Assembly (NCBI GenBank): GCA_031422435.1 | Contig: JANPLU010000014.1 | Coordinates: 35,929-99,928 of the forward strand | Reading direction: 5' to 3' | Length of the DNA: 64,000 nucleotides | From: Acaryochloridaceae cyanobacterium VAR_48_metabat_390 | GTDB lineage: Bacteria; Cyanobacteriota; Cyanobacteriia; Thermosynechococcales; Thermosynechococcaceae | Part shown: in pieces, positions 50,788 to 61,774 of the stretch | Numbering within the stretch: position 1 is the first letter of the stretch | How the letters are laid out: each line of letters opens with the position of its first letter | Made by a program: the position numbers and the translations under genes | The notes under the pieces: generated by a model | Told to the model about the DNA's origin: nothing | Databases searched by the model: none | What the model saw: only the letters and a program-made list of their open reading frames with translations

Positions 50788-52077
50788 CTATTTGGGTACC
50801 GCTGCCGTTAGCACCTCATGGCCTGCTGCCGTCACTAACACATCATCCTCAATCCGAATCCCAATGCCACGCCAGCGCGCTGGCACCTCCGGCTGATCTT
50901 CGGCTAGCTTAATGTCTGGGCCAATGTATAGACCAGGTTCTACCGTGACGACATTGCCGATCTGAAGCGGCTGCCAGGTTTCTTTTCCAATTTTGTAAAA
51001 GCCCGCATCGTGGACATCTAAGCCTAGCCAGTGCCCCGTCCGGTGCATATAAAAAGGCTTATATTTTTCTTCTTCAATGAGCTTGTCTACTTCTCCTACG
51101 AGAAGCCCCAAACCCACTAACCCTTCCGTCAAAACGCGCACGGCAGCATCATGAAAGGCGTTGTAAGGGTTCCTCGGCTGAATTTGGGCGATCGCCTTCT
51201 CCTGCGCCGCCAACACCAAATCATAGAGAATCCGCTGCTCTTCGGTCATAGATGCTCCCACCGCGAAAGTGCGCGTAATATCTGCGTTGTAGTAGCCATA
51301 GGCAGCCCCCGCATCAATTAAAAGCAGCTCCCTATCCTGCATTTGGCGGTTATTGGTTGTGTAGTGCAAAATACAGGCGTTTTCTCCCGATGCCACAATT
51401 GAGGGGTATGCAGGTCCCTGTGCGCCATTTTTACGGAAAATATACTCCATCTCTGACTGGATTTCGTACTCATGGCGTCCTGGCTGCGCCATCTCCCGCG
51501 CTACATTGTGAGCCTCGACAGAAATGGCGATCGCCTTTCTCATCAACCCTAACTCTGTCTCACTTTTGACCATCCGCATCCCGTGGAGGGTAAACCCCAC
51601 ATCCTCGATCGCCGTGGGGCCTGTGCCGCGTTTGCCGTAGCTTGCAATGAGACGCCGCCAGTGGTTGAGCAGGGTCTGGGTGAAATTGCGATCGCGCCCC
51701 AGTCGGTAGTAAATTCGGTCTGCCTGCTCTAGGTACTTAGGTAAATGCTGATCTAGCTCAGCAATGGGGTAGGCTTCATCCGCACCGTACCGCTCTTTGG
51801 CCGCATCTATGCCAACGCGATAGCCATGCCAGGTTTCTTTTTCTGGGTCTTTAGGCTGCACAAACAGCACAAACTTATGTTCTTCATGATGGGGGGCAAA
51901 CACCGCCACCGCATCGGCTTCATCAAATCCTGTGAGGTAAAAAAAGTCGCTGTCTTGCCGGAAGTTATACTCTACGTCATTGTGCATAACGGCAGTAGGG
52001 GCACTGCGAAAAATGGCCGTACCCGCGCCAATTTTCTCCATGAAGGCTTGTCGTCGCTGCTGATATTCGATTTGCAT
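50788..52077 (-). CDS. pepP: Xaa-Pro aminopeptidase P
   Basis: Motifs FRQDSDFFYLTG, DITRT, GHWLGLDVHD, TVEPG and GIRIEDD. Start at MQIEY. Confidence 0.95.
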   Translation of the reverse strand: MQIEYQQRRQAFMEKIGAGTAIFRSAPTAVMHNDVEYNFRQDSDFFYLTGFDEADAVAVFAPHHEEHKFVLFVQPKDPEKETWHGYRVGIDAAKERYGADEAYPIAELDQHLPKYLEQADRIYYRLGRDRNFTQTLLNHWRRLIASYGKRGTGPTAIEDVGFTLHGMRMVKSETELGLMRKAIAISVEAHNVAREMAQPGRHEYEIQSEMEYIFRKNGAQGPAYPSIVASGENACILHYTTNNRQMQDRELLLIDAGAAYGYYNADITRTFAVGASMTEEQRILYDLVLAAQEKAIAQIQPRNPYNAFHDAAVRVLTEGLVGLGLLVGEVDKLIEEEKYKPFYMHRTGHWLGLDVHDAGFYKIGKETWQPLQIGNVVTVEPGLYIGPDIKLAEDQPEVPARWRGIGIRIEDDVLVTAAGHEVLTAAVPK

Positions 52078-52212
52078 TGCTGTACTACAGAGCAAAAAAA
52101 GACATTTATGCTTCTTATTGTGCAACAAACCCTGAAGAGACTGCGAATACCACATCCTCTTCAGGGTTTGACGGAGCGGAACAAAATCCACTACAGCACT
52201 CACATCAAGCGT

Positions 52213-52995
52213 TTACTTGCCATAAACCTTGAGCGTTGCAGGATAACGAGAATAGTCAGCCGTATCACCCAACACCACAATAGACGTCACGCAGCGCTCG
52301 CTACCTTTGAGATCAATCCAAGGGGTTTGAGACCCCTGGTTAATTTTAGAGCGAACCGACAAGTCTTCGATCTGGTTATTGCCAAAGCGAACTCTCAGTA
52401 GCTTTATGTCAGCCGTGCCCCTTACGGCTGAAACTTTAATAGAACGTATCAGTCGATTGGGTGGACAGTTACCCAGGCGAATCACATCTCTATCATTCTC
52501 AGCATAGGAAAGCTGCGTTTCTCCTAGATAAGAACCCTCTTGGGGGCGAGGTTGAGGTTGAGGTTGATATGTGCCACGTTTTCCATAAACCTGAAGCGTT
52601 GCAGGATAACGAGAATAATCAGCCGTATCACCAATAATAACAACGGATTTTACACAGCGATTGCTACCTTTGAGATCAATCCAAGAGGTCTGAGACCCCT
52701 GGTTAATTTTAGAGCGAACCGATAAATCTTCGGTCTGATTATTTTCAAAGCGAACTCTCACTAGCTTTATGTCGGCAGTTCCCCTTACGGCTGCCACCTT
52801 AATGGAATCTATCGGTTGATTGGGTGGACAGTTACCCAGGCGAATCACATCTCTATCATTCTCAGCATAGGAAAGCCGTGTTTCTCCCAAATAAGAACCC
52901 TCTTGGGGACGAGCTTGCGAAACCAGGGGTAAGGCTAATGAAGACAATATAAGCGCAGAAATACCCAGTTTTTGACTTAAAAGTGATGTAAACAT
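52213..52995 (-). CDS. Secreted protein with two tandem 111-aa beta-rich domains (DUF2541-like)
   Basis: Signal peptide followed by two near-identical domains separated by a QP-rich linker. Confidence 0.75.
   Translation of the reverse strand: MFTSLLSQKLGISALILSSLALPLVSQARPQEGSYLGETRLSYAENDRDVIRLGNCPPNQPIDSIKVAAVRGTADIKLVRVRFENNQTEDLSVRSKINQGSQTSWIDLKGSNRCVKSVVIIGDTADYSRYPATLQVYGKRGTYQPQPQPRPQEGSYLGETQLSYAENDRDVIRLGNCPPNRLIRSIKVSAVRGTADIKLLRVRFGNNQIEDLSVRSKINQGSQTPWIDLKGSERCVTSIVVLGDTADYSRYPATLKVYGK
52216..52911 (-). repeat. Intragenic direct repeat, 2 x 333 bp with a 363-bp period
   Basis: Units 52579-52911 and 52216-52548 share long identical nucleotide stretches. Confidence 0.9.
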
Positions 52996-53380
52996 TATAA
53001 TTTCGCTTTTCCTTAATCAAAGTGCTGAGTCACCAAAATACTGAGACGGCAGTAGAAACGGCTGTGTAGTCATCTCAATACTCCAACTCTACGATTAATG
53101 ACTATAGGGCAATCTAACTTTGTTCCAGACTTATCTAATATTGAAACGTTGTAGATTCTAGGTAAGGCTTTGCGATCTTTAAGATGATCGACTATTCTCG
53201 TTAAAAGAACGAGATCAATACCGTTACAGCTATGAAAATAACTGATAGGCGGTGAGAATTAGACTCCATGCCGCGACTCAACAATATTGAGCGGTTGAAC
53301 CTAATTCTGGCAATGGGCGGACTTAAAGGGGGGGTACCCATGAAGCGGGCAGGCAGTGAACAACAAAGGAAGGATGCTCT

Positions 53381-55258
53381 GTGGCAAACGACGCCCATAT
53401 CAAAGAACTTAGGATCGGGGTAGGTCATTGGAATAGCTGGCGTAAGCATCATTTTGCCGAGCAGCCTGACTTTAGTGGTGCTGACCTCAACGGGATTAAT
53501 CTCAACGGCGCCAATCTGATTGGCGCAAACCTCAGTAAAGCAAATTTGAGCTGTGCAAGCTTAAAAGGTGCCTTCTTAAGCTGCGCCAATCTTAGCTTTG
53601 CTTATCTTAGCGAGGCTAACTTTAGCAAAGCAAACCTCAGTAAAGCCAATCTTACCAAGGCAGATTTAAGCTTTGCCGACCTAACAGTCGCGACCCTAAT
53701 CGAAGCCGACCTCAATCGCGCCACGCTGATTGAGACCATTTTGGCAGGGGCTAATCTCAGCTTTGCCGATCTCAATCGCGCCAACCTAACTAAGGCCAAT
53801 CTTGAAAATGCCAATTTGACCAAGGCTATTTTGATTGAGGCTGTGTTAGATCACGGGAATCTGCGGGGCTGTAATCTCAATCAGGCGATCGCCAGTGAAG
53901 CCAGCTTAAGAGAAGCCACCCTCATTGAAGCCAGACTCAACAAAGCCGACTTTAGCTTTGCCACCCTCATCGAAGCAAACTTTCGACGCGCCAATCTCAG
54001 TAAAGGCATCTTCATTGAGGCCAACCTGCGCGGAGCCAACCTGCGCGAAACTAACCTGCGAAAAAGCCGTCTTGTTCGCGCCAACTTAGGTAGCGCTGAC
54101 CTCACCGAGGCCGATGCCAGCGAAGCAAATTTTACAGGGGTAGATTTAATTCGAGCTACTCTGGGCAAGACCCTTCTGGTGCAGGCCACCCTTAAAGAAG
54201 CTAAATTAAGTGGTGCAAACCTCAGTAAAGCCACCGTCACCAACGCTGATCTCAGTGAGGCAAATCTCAGTGAAGCAGATCTAACCAAGACCGATTTCCG
54301 TCAGGCTAATTTGAGCCAATCCAATTTAACCCGTAGCAAAATCTCTGCCACCAATTTTAACGGCGCCACATTAACAGGAATATGCCTTGAGGATGCTCAG
54401 CTCAGCAGCACTACAAAGCTAGAAGGCGTAACGTGCAGTTTTACCTACCTAAAGCAGAATAACCAAGATCGCCGCCCCAGCAGTGGCGAATTTTTGCCTG
54501 ACGAATTTGCTCAGCTCTTCCACAGTGCCCTTGAGACCCTCAACCTCACCCTTCATACAGGTGTCAATTGGACAGCTTTTGCCCACTCTATCAATCGCCT
54601 TAATGCAGAATACGAAGCGGCTCAGTTAGGCATTCAAAGTATTGAAAATAAAGGTGATGGCATTATTGTCCTCAAACTCAGTACCGCACCCGGAATTGAT
54701 ACCGTCCAAATCCACCGCGACTTCATGCGCATTTATGAAGAAACCAAACAAACCTTAGAAAATCGTCGGCAGCTCAATACCCGCGATACGCTCTTGGGAC
54801 ATGGCGCTACTGACAACGCTCATCCCCGTGAATCGATCAATCAGCTTTTTGAGCTGCTCAGCCCAAGTTTAGACAGAAGCAACAAACGTCCCGCTCCGTT
54901 TCAAAACAGTGTGTCCCCCATCGCAACGCAGCTTTCTCAACCTGCCACGGCAGTCACCACAGCAGATACTGCCACTATTTTACAAACCATTTTGTATGAC
55001 CTTGCTCAACGCTATCCTGATGCGACTCAACCACAGCGGCTAAATGTAGCATCATTAGAAATCCAGCAGAAAACAAAAGATAATCCGCTGTTTAAGGCCA
55101 AACTCATTGAGTCCATTGAGTCGAGCAGTTTGCTTATTGATCAAGTGCTGCTTAATAACCCCTTTGTCCCCGTGAGTTTTAAGATGATTCAAGACTGGCT
55201 AGAGATTGATCTACCCACCTTTTCGATCGCTGTTCCTCAACCCCAAACGATTAGATAA
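53381..55258 (+). CDS. Pentapeptide repeat protein with an unrecognised C-terminal domain
   Basis: About 320 aa of A(D/N)LXX repeats following WNSWR. Confidence 0.93.
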   Translation: MANDAHIKELRIGVGHWNSWRKHHFAEQPDFSGADLNGINLNGANLIGANLSKANLSCASLKGAFLSCANLSFAYLSEANFSKANLSKANLTKADLSFADLTVATLIEADLNRATLIETILAGANLSFADLNRANLTKANLENANLTKAILIEAVLDHGNLRGCNLNQAIASEASLREATLIEARLNKADFSFATLIEANFRRANLSKGIFIEANLRGANLRETNLRKSRLVRANLGSADLTEADASEANFTGVDLIRATLGKTLLVQATLKEAKLSGANLSKATVTNADLSEANLSEADLTKTDFRQANLSQSNLTRSKISATNFNGATLTGICLEDAQLSSTTKLEGVTCSFTYLKQNNQDRRPSSGEFLPDEFAQLFHSALETLNLTLHTGVNWTAFAHSINRLNAEYEAAQLGIQSIENKGDGIIVLKLSTAPGIDTVQIHRDFMRIYEETKQTLENRRQLNTRDTLLGHGATDNAHPRESINQLFELLSPSLDRSNKRPAPFQNSVSPIATQLSQPATAVTTADTATILQTILYDLAQRYPDATQPQRLNVASLEIQQKTKDNPLFKAKLIESIESSSLLIDQVLLNNPFVPVSFKMIQDWLEIDLPTFSIAVPQPQTIR

Positions 55259-55420
55259 AAGGTTAGGCAATGCTCTATTCAGAGGTGAGGTGCAAGAATA
55301 GGCCAGTATCGAAATAGATAAACTTCTGTCAAGATAAGTTCAGCTAAAAAAACCCTAGACAGTCTCTTAGAGGTGCTGATTGAGGGTAAAAATAACTGTG
55401 TTAAAGGTATCGACACACCA

Positions 55421-58147
55421 ATGTCTCAAACCAACGCCAAGCTTGTCATTCACAGCGAAGGTCAGTTTTTTCAAGATTTATGGCTGAATGAAACCATCGT
55501 GACCATTGGGCGTGCGCCCGATAACCTGCTTTGCCTCAGTGATGATTTGACGGTTTCTCGGCATCATGCTCAAGTTGCATTGGGAAATGGCGTTTACCTT
55601 TTAACGGATGTTGGCAGTTCCGACGGTACCTACTTAAATAATCAGCGCATTCAGGCCTATATTCCGCACCCCCTTAAGGATGGCGACCAGATCTTAATTG
55701 GCTCAGTCTGTCAGTTTGCGTTTAAGGCAACGGAGGCTGTCGTCGCTGCATCTAAGCCCTCTTCTGGGAGTAACCTGCCGCCTGCTGATAAAACGGTTGT
55801 GTTGCCCTTTGACGCATTTCCAATCCAAGAGCTTGAGTCTTCTCAGCGTATGAACCTGCGGGGACGCGACCTGCTCAATATTGGACGCGACCCCACCAAT
55901 GATTTGGTGATCAATCACCCCTCTTCTTCACGGTTCCATAGCCAAATCAAGCTGGAGCAGGGCAACTACGTCCTGTACGATCTCAATTCCACCAACGGAA
56001 CCTTTCTCAATGGTGAGCTAGTGGCAGGCAGCCACGTCCTCAAGGTGGGTGACACGATTCGGATTGGCTCGACACAGCTTGCCTTTAATGTCGATGAAAC
56101 CCTCATTAAAACGAATGAGGAAGGCAACCTTCGCATTGATGCCTTGCGCATTAACAAGGTGGTGGCAAAGGGACTCAATTTACTCAACGATATTTCGCTG
56201 TCGATTCAGCCAAGAGAATTTGTGGCGATCGCCGGAGTGAGCGGCGGCGGCAAATCGACGCTACTGGATGCCCTCAACGGCTTTCGGCCTGCCACAAGCG
56301 GGAATGTCTACGTCAACGGCATTGACCTATACAAAAATTTCAACGCCTACCGTACCGAAATTGGCTACGTCCCGCAGAAAGATATTGTACACATGGAGCT
56401 AACCGTCGAAGACGCGCTCCAGTTTGCAGCCAAGCTGCGGATGCCTGCGGATACCACTCCCGCCGAACGCCACCAGCGCGTCGAAGAGGTGATGCGGGAG
56501 CTAATGCTAACCCAGCGCCGTAATCTTACGATTAAATCTTTGAGCGGTGGGCAGCTCAAGCGGGTTTCGATTGGCGTAGAGCTGCTGACTAAGCCCAGCC
56601 TCTTCTTTTTAGATGAGGCCACCTCAGGGCTAGATCCGGGCATGGAGAGTGAACTGATGCAGCTTTTGCGAGAGCTGGCAGATCAGGGACGCACCATTTT
56701 GCTCATCACTCACGCCACAGAAAACGTGATGATGTGTGATCAGGTTATCTTTATGGCGCGGGGAGGCAACCTAGCATTTTTTGGACCACCGCAAGATGCG
56801 CTGAAGTATTTTGAAGTGCAGCGCTTTAACGAAATTTACCGAAAGGTCGAAAACGAGCGATCGCCAGAGGAATGGCAGGCTCAGTATCTGAAGTCTCCCT
56901 ATTTCCATAAGTACATCGCAGGCCGCCAGCAGTCTTTGAATATTGTTGAAGATAAGCGCGGTACGCAAAAGCGAGAGCGGCTAGTCAAGTCTGGCGCACA
57001 CATTAAGCGTGCCTCTAGCTTTCGGCAGTTTATGGTGCTGTCTGAGCGGAACCTAGCGATTTTAGCCCGCGATCGCGTTAGCCTCGCGCTGATGCTGGCG
57101 GTGGCACCCCTTTTGGGTTTATTTGACTTCGTGGCTTGGCCTAGAACCATCCTCAACATCAAAACAGGGAACCCCAGCCTTGCCATTTCAATGCTCTTTA
57201 CGTCCGTCCTCATTGCCATCATGGTCGGCAGTTTGGCAACCATGCGCGAAATTGTCAAAGAAATTGATATTTTCAAGCGAGAGCGCATGATTGGCATCCG
57301 AATTATGCCCTATGTGCTGTCTAAAGTTTGGGTTGCTCTGCTGCTGTCTTTTTATCAAGCCGTTATTTTTGTCTTTTTCAAATGTTTGGCAGTAGATTTA
57401 CCCCTTAGCCCTGAATTTATCTTTGGGATGTTTCTTACCATGCTGCTAACGACCTTGGGCGGCATGATGATGGGGCTATTGGGTTCAGCAATTTCACCCA
57501 ATCAGAGCGTTGCGCCGATGATTGTACTGCTGCTGCTCATTCCGCAAATTCTATTTGGAGGTGGGGTGTTGCCCATCGAAACCTTTGGCCCTCCAGGAAA
57601 AATACTCAATAGCGTTGCGCTCACCAAGTGGCCTTTTGAAACCTTGGTGACGTTAACGGGCTTTGGTACAGATGTAGCTCGAGACAAGTGCTGGATTAAA
57701 GTGGGTGAAACGAAGGGCAGTAAACTCAGCGATTTAACGATTGAAGAAAAGAAAGACTGTAAGTGCGTGGGCGCACCCTTATTTAAGAGCTGTACTTTTC
57801 CGGGCATTCGGAGTTTTTACGTCCCAGAAATTGATCAGCCCGAACCCGTCAAGCCCCAAGAACCAAAGCTTGCGAGTAACCCTACGGTCGCTGAGCAGTT
57901 GACCTATCAAGACGAAATTAAGGTCTATCAAGACAAAATGAAGGTTTTTCAGGATGATATTAAGGACTGGAACCTAAAAACAAGCCGAGCCATTAGTGAA
58001 GCTGAAGGCAATATTAATGGTTTATTTTCAAAGTTTAAGCAGGCGTTTGATGTACCTGTGCAGCTCCACCTCACCATTTATGCGCTCTTTGTGATGGCGA
58101 TGTTGGCATTGACGGTTGTGGCACAAAAAGTGAAGGACTTTATTTAA
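55421..58147 (+). CDS. FHA-FHA-ABC ATPase-ABC2 permease fusion (Rv1747-like)
   Basis: Two GR...SR.H...S.(D/N)GT FHA domains, GVSGGGKST, LSGGQ, LDEATSGLD and a C-terminal TM domain. Confidence 0.93.
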   Translation: MSQTNAKLVIHSEGQFFQDLWLNETIVTIGRAPDNLLCLSDDLTVSRHHAQVALGNGVYLLTDVGSSDGTYLNNQRIQAYIPHPLKDGDQILIGSVCQFAFKATEAVVAASKPSSGSNLPPADKTVVLPFDAFPIQELESSQRMNLRGRDLLNIGRDPTNDLVINHPSSSRFHSQIKLEQGNYVLYDLNSTNGTFLNGELVAGSHVLKVGDTIRIGSTQLAFNVDETLIKTNEEGNLRIDALRINKVVAKGLNLLNDISLSIQPREFVAIAGVSGGGKSTLLDALNGFRPATSGNVYVNGIDLYKNFNAYRTEIGYVPQKDIVHMELTVEDALQFAAKLRMPADTTPAERHQRVEEVMRELMLTQRRNLTIKSLSGGQLKRVSIGVELLTKPSLFFLDEATSGLDPGMESELMQLLRELADQGRTILLITHATENVMMCDQVIFMARGGNLAFFGPPQDALKYFEVQRFNEIYRKVENERSPEEWQAQYLKSPYFHKYIAGRQQSLNIVEDKRGTQKRERLVKSGAHIKRASSFRQFMVLSERNLAILARDRVSLALMLAVAPLLGLFDFVAWPRTILNIKTGNPSLAISMLFTSVLIAIMVGSLATMREIVKEIDIFKRERMIGIRIMPYVLSKVWVALLLSFYQAVIFVFFKCLAVDLPLSPEFIFGMFLTMLLTTLGGMMMGLLGSAISPNQSVAPMIVLLLLIPQILFGGGVLPIETFGPPGKILNSVALTKWPFETLVTLTGFGTDVARDKCWIKVGETKGSKLSDLTIEEKKDCKCVGAPLFKSCTFPGIRSFYVPEIDQPEPVKPQEPKLASNPTVAEQLTYQDEIKVYQDKMKVFQDDIKDWNLKTSRAISEAEGNINGLFSKFKQAFDVPVQLHLTIYALFVMAMLALTVVAQKVKDFI

Positions 58148-58267
58148 GAGACGTTATTGAGGCTGTTCGCATGGAGCGGCTTCACACTAAAGTAAAGACT
58201 GGCAGGTTAATCCTGCTCAAAACATTGTAAAGAAAAGAACCGTTGTAAAAAAGGAATACCGTTCAGC

Positions 58268-59089
58268 ATGACCCTTCAAATCCCTGTCATCGTCAACGGA
58301 GCGGCTGGCAAAATGGGTCGTGAGGTCATTAAGGCCGTCGCCCAAGCCGATGATTTGATTTTATTTGGTGCGATTGATCGTAACCCCGAACTCCAAGGCC
58401 AAGATATTGGCGAGGTCTGCGGCATGGAGCCATTAGAAATTCCGGTACTCAGTGATCTAGAATCTGTCCTGGTGGCGGCTGCCCAAGAGAAAGAGCTGGG
58501 TGTAATGGTGGACTTTACCCACCCTAGTGCCGTGTACGAAAATGTACGGTCGGCGATCGCCTATGGTATCCGCCCTGTAGTGGGTACCACAGGACTCAGT
58601 AATGCACAGCTCAGCACCTTAAGCGCTTTTGCAGATAAGGCCAGCACAGGCTGCTTGGTCATTCCCAACTTTTCGATTGGGATGGTGTTGTTGCAGCAGG
58701 CGGCGATCGCAGCCTCCCAATATTTTGACCACGTTGAAATCATTGAGCTACACCACAACCAAAAGGCCGATGCCCCCAGCGGCACAGCTATTCAAACTGC
58801 CCAAATGTTGGCAGAACTTGGCAAAACCTATAACCCTGCAATGGTCGAAGAAAAAGAGCATATTGCAGGCGCAAGAGGGAGCCTAGCCGACGAAGGCATT
58901 CGCATCCACAGCGTGCGGCTACCGGGTCTGATTGCCCATCAAGAAGTGTTGTTTGGTGCGCCAGGGCAGCTTTATACCCTGCGCCATGACACCAGCGATC
59001 GCGCCTGCTACATGGCGGGGGTATTGCTATCCATACGCAAAGTGACTCAGCTTCAAACCCTGATCTATGGCCTTGAGAAAATTCTATGA
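58268..59089 (+). CDS. dapB: 4-hydroxy-tetrahydrodipicolinate reductase
   Basis: Motifs GAAGKMG, VGTTG and [15 protein letters not shown]. Confidence 0.97.
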   Translation: MTLQIPVIVNGAAGKMGREVIKAVAQADDLILFGAIDRNPELQGQDIGEVCGMEPLEIPVLSDLESVLVAAAQEKELGVMVDFTHPSAVYENVRSAIAYGIRPVVGTTGLSNAQLSTLSAFADKASTGCLVIPNFSIGMVLLQQAAIAASQYFDHVEIIELHHNQKADAPSGTAIQTAQMLAELGKTYNPAMVEEKEHIAGARGSLADEGIRIHSVRLPGLIAHQEVLFGAPGQLYTLRHDTSDRACYMAGVLLSIRKVTQLQTLIYGLEKIL

Positions 59090-59658
59090 CAGCCCTTGAA
59101 TTTGACCTGCAAGGTGCCAATATTTACCTAATCGGCATGATGGGAGTCGGCAAAAGTACCGTCGGTCATCTGCTCGCCCAGCAAATTCGCTATCACTTTT
59201 TTGATACCGATACCGTTGTCACCCAAGCCACCGGATCCTCCATCTCTAAGATTTTTGCAGACTCTGGCGAAGCTGGCTTTCGGCAAATTGAAACCCAAAC
59301 CTTAGGTCAACTTTCTGCCCATACGCGCCTAGTGGTAGCAACGGGTGGCGGTATTGTCACCCAGCAAATGAACTGGAGCTACCTCCATCACGGCATCGTT
59401 GTTTGGCTAGATGCATCCCCTCAAACGCTGTGGCAACGGCTTAAAGAAGATCAGTCTCGTCCACTTTTACAAGATTCTAATCCCCAACAAAAGCTAGAGA
59501 ATCTATTGAAACAGCGTCAGCATTTATATGCCCAAGCCGATCTGCGGGTATTGATAGAACCCCAAGATTCTATCGAAAAAGTCACCCATCAGATTCTGAT
59601 AGAAATCCCGAAGGTGCTGAAATCTAACGCACTCACACAGCCCTTAAGGCTGAACTAA
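59086..59658 (+). CDS. aroK: Shikimate kinase
   Basis: Motifs [22 protein letters not shown] and RPLL. Confidence 0.96.
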   Translation: MTALEFDLQGANIYLIGMMGVGKSTVGHLLAQQIRYHFFDTDTVVTQATGSSISKIFADSGEAGFRQIETQTLGQLSAHTRLVVATGGGIVTQQMNWSYLHHGIVVWLDASPQTLWQRLKEDQSRPLLQDSNPQQKLENLLKQRQHLYAQADLRVLIEPQDSIEKVTHQILIEIPKVLKSNALTQPLRLN

Positions 59659-59706
59659 GCCACATATTTTTGTTTATTAAGGCACATCCTGGCATCTGCT
59701 TCAGCT

Positions 59707-60174
59707 CTACGCTTCTTTCTCAATCCCAATCTGGTCAGACTCATTTACAACGCGAAACTTTTCCCCCTCAAGGTTGAATACATAGCCAGGATTAACGTAC
59801 CAACCACTCTGAGATGGAAAATAGAGTGGCGAGATGCCGCATGTTTCTGCAACCTCTGCTAACACGCCATTAGGGCCATACTCTAAGCATCCCACCCAAC
59901 GTTCAAACTCCATAAAACTTTGCTGTGGCCGGAGAGGGTCATACTCAAGTTGAACCAATTTTTCATAGATTCTGACTTCCAGTTCTTCTTGAAATGCCTC
60001 CACAATATCAGATTGAAGGGGTGGAATCAGTCTCAAGATAAATGGCTCAACTTTGCGCTCTAACAAGACGTACGCAAAATATTCAGCGGTATACGCACAG
60101 GCTAAAGCCAAACCATCCTCAATCTCACTATTAAAAACTGGTTCAGCCTGGAACAGTTTGCGCCAGATATCCAC
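59707..60174 (-). CDS. Hypothetical protein
   Basis: 155-aa acidic ORF with a GTG start after a GGGGGA RBS-like sequence; no motif recognised. Confidence 0.6.
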   Translation of the reverse strand: MDIWRKLFQAEPVFNSEIEDGLALACAYTAEYFAYVLLERKVEPFILRLIPPLQSDIVEAFQEELEVRIYEKLVQLEYDPLRPQQSFMEFERWVGCLEYGPNGVLAEVAETCGISPLYFPSQSGWYVNPGYVFNLEGEKFRVVNESDQIGIEKEA

Positions 60175-60503
60175 ATTTCCCCCCTATCAGCCATCGGTCA
60201 CTTTTGCCCCAACCATCAAACTTTAGCTAAGTCTTTGGCAAAGAACAAAGACCTAGCGACTTGATGCGAATCTCAAAAATAAAGCGCTAGGGTTGCTCAT
60301 CTACAATGGCCTCATCGTCTCTTATAAAACTTTCCCTATGGACTGCCCTGTCTGTATGCTTTAACAAACGACTCGCATCCGTATAAACTCGTAGATCCTG
60401 ACAATAGCTCGACCATAAAGTTCAGTATTCATGCCGTATTGATTTCTTGATTTCTATTGGATGATGAATACACAGATGCAGGTATATAAAGACAGGGGGA
60501 GTT

Positions 60504-60743
60504 ATGTTGAACGTTTTATTAGCCGAAGCTTTAGCCAAAGCGGCTAACCAACTCAGCATGACAGCCAGTATTCTCGAGTGCACCAGAGATGCTGCTGTAG
60601 ACCTTAGCCCAGAAGCTCAACAAAGGCTTCACCTGGTTCATATGGGTCTGGCAATGGCAATGCAGGCGATGAATCATGATGAACTTTGTCAAATTATGGA
60701 GCAGTCCGATAGCTATATTCCTGCTTGGCTATCGTTGATATAG
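60504..60743 (+). CDS. Small hypothetical helical protein
   Basis: ATG preceded by AGGGGGAG; 79 aa. Confidence 0.6.
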   Translation: MLNVLLAEALAKAANQLSMTASILECTRDAAVDLSPEAQQRLHLVHMGLAMAMQAMNHDELCQIMEQSDSYIPAWLSLI

Positions 60744-61023
60744 GGTTACAAGAGGGCTAGCTCCTTAAAGAAGCATACATACGCTAATCTCCGTAGAAAG
60801 ATCCGCTCTACTCTGGTTCCATAGCGTATTAGAATAGCTCTTCTCTCCAAAAGTGCCGATAAACCTTGGAAAGCTGTACACTCTCATTCTGCGATCCTGT
60901 TTCCAAGATGCTTCAACCATCCGCTATTTTATTACTGACACAAAATTCCGATTGCACTCCATTCTTTGACTAAGCGCGACACAATAGAAGAGAACCTCAA
61001 TTTAGAGAATACAGAGGAAAACT

Positions 61024-61752
61024 GTGAGTAACACCAGTAACTTTAAAGAAGCTGTTCGGCAGGCAAAACAAAACGCGCTGGTTGGCCCCAACGTTATTCA
61101 AAACGCCTTACCATTTGTGGGTGGTGGCTTAGTATTGACTGCGTTTGGTGCATTTGGTGGGCTGAGCGTTCTGCAAAGCAACCCCGCGCTGTTCATGCCG
61201 ACCTTTATTGTCGCGTTCATTGCTGAAATTGCGCTCTTTTTTATTGCTCAGGGTGTGGCGGCTCGTGGCAACAATAAAGTGGCGCTACCGCTGCTCGCAA
61301 CCTATAGCCTGCTGTCCGGGTATACCCTGGCAATGCTTCTTAACCTGGCGCTGCGGACGAATGGCGTTGGAATCACTGGGCTAGGCATTGCTGCCCTGAG
61401 CTGTGGCGTTACCTTTATTGCCGCGCGCTCGATTGGCTCTAATTTGACAGAGCAAGATGGCTTCGCCCTGACTAAAACCATCCAGCTCGGGGTGATTGCC
61501 CTAGTTGTGGTTTTACTGGCTCAAGTCGGCTGCTCATTTTTCAACATCTATACGCCAAGCTGGTTAGAAATCGCTATCTCAGGGATTGGTGTTTTGCTCT
61601 TCGTCGGCGCTGCGGTGGTCGATTTTTTCATCCTTCCTCGCACCTACAAAGACGATCAGTATCTCCCTGCTGCGCTGTCGATGTATTTGACCTACGTCAA
61701 CCTGTTTGTGTTTATTCTGAGACTGCTGATTGCGCTCAATAGCCGTGATTAA
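61024..61752 (+). CDS. Bax inhibitor-1/YccA family membrane protein
   Basis: About seven TM helices and a C-terminal AALSMYLTYVNLFVFILRLL. Confidence 0.9.
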   Translation: MSNTSNFKEAVRQAKQNALVGPNVIQNALPFVGGGLVLTAFGAFGGLSVLQSNPALFMPTFIVAFIAEIALFFIAQGVAARGNNKVALPLLATYSLLSGYTLAMLLNLALRTNGVGITGLGIAALSCGVTFIAARSIGSNLTEQDGFALTKTIQLGVIALVVVLLAQVGCSFFNIYTPSWLEIAISGIGVLLFVGAAVVDFFILPRTYKDDQYLPAALSMYLTYVNLFVFILRLLIALNSRD

Positions 61753-61774
61753 TGCAGGTTGATAGACCACTTCC

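Noticed and set aside
51826..52725. Plus-strand ORFs with repeated text
   Set aside because: They are antisense to pepP and to the duplicated secreted-protein gene.
53602..54288. Repetitive antisense ORFs (LASLR/LARLR)
   Set aside because: They mirror the pentapeptide repeats on the opposite strand.
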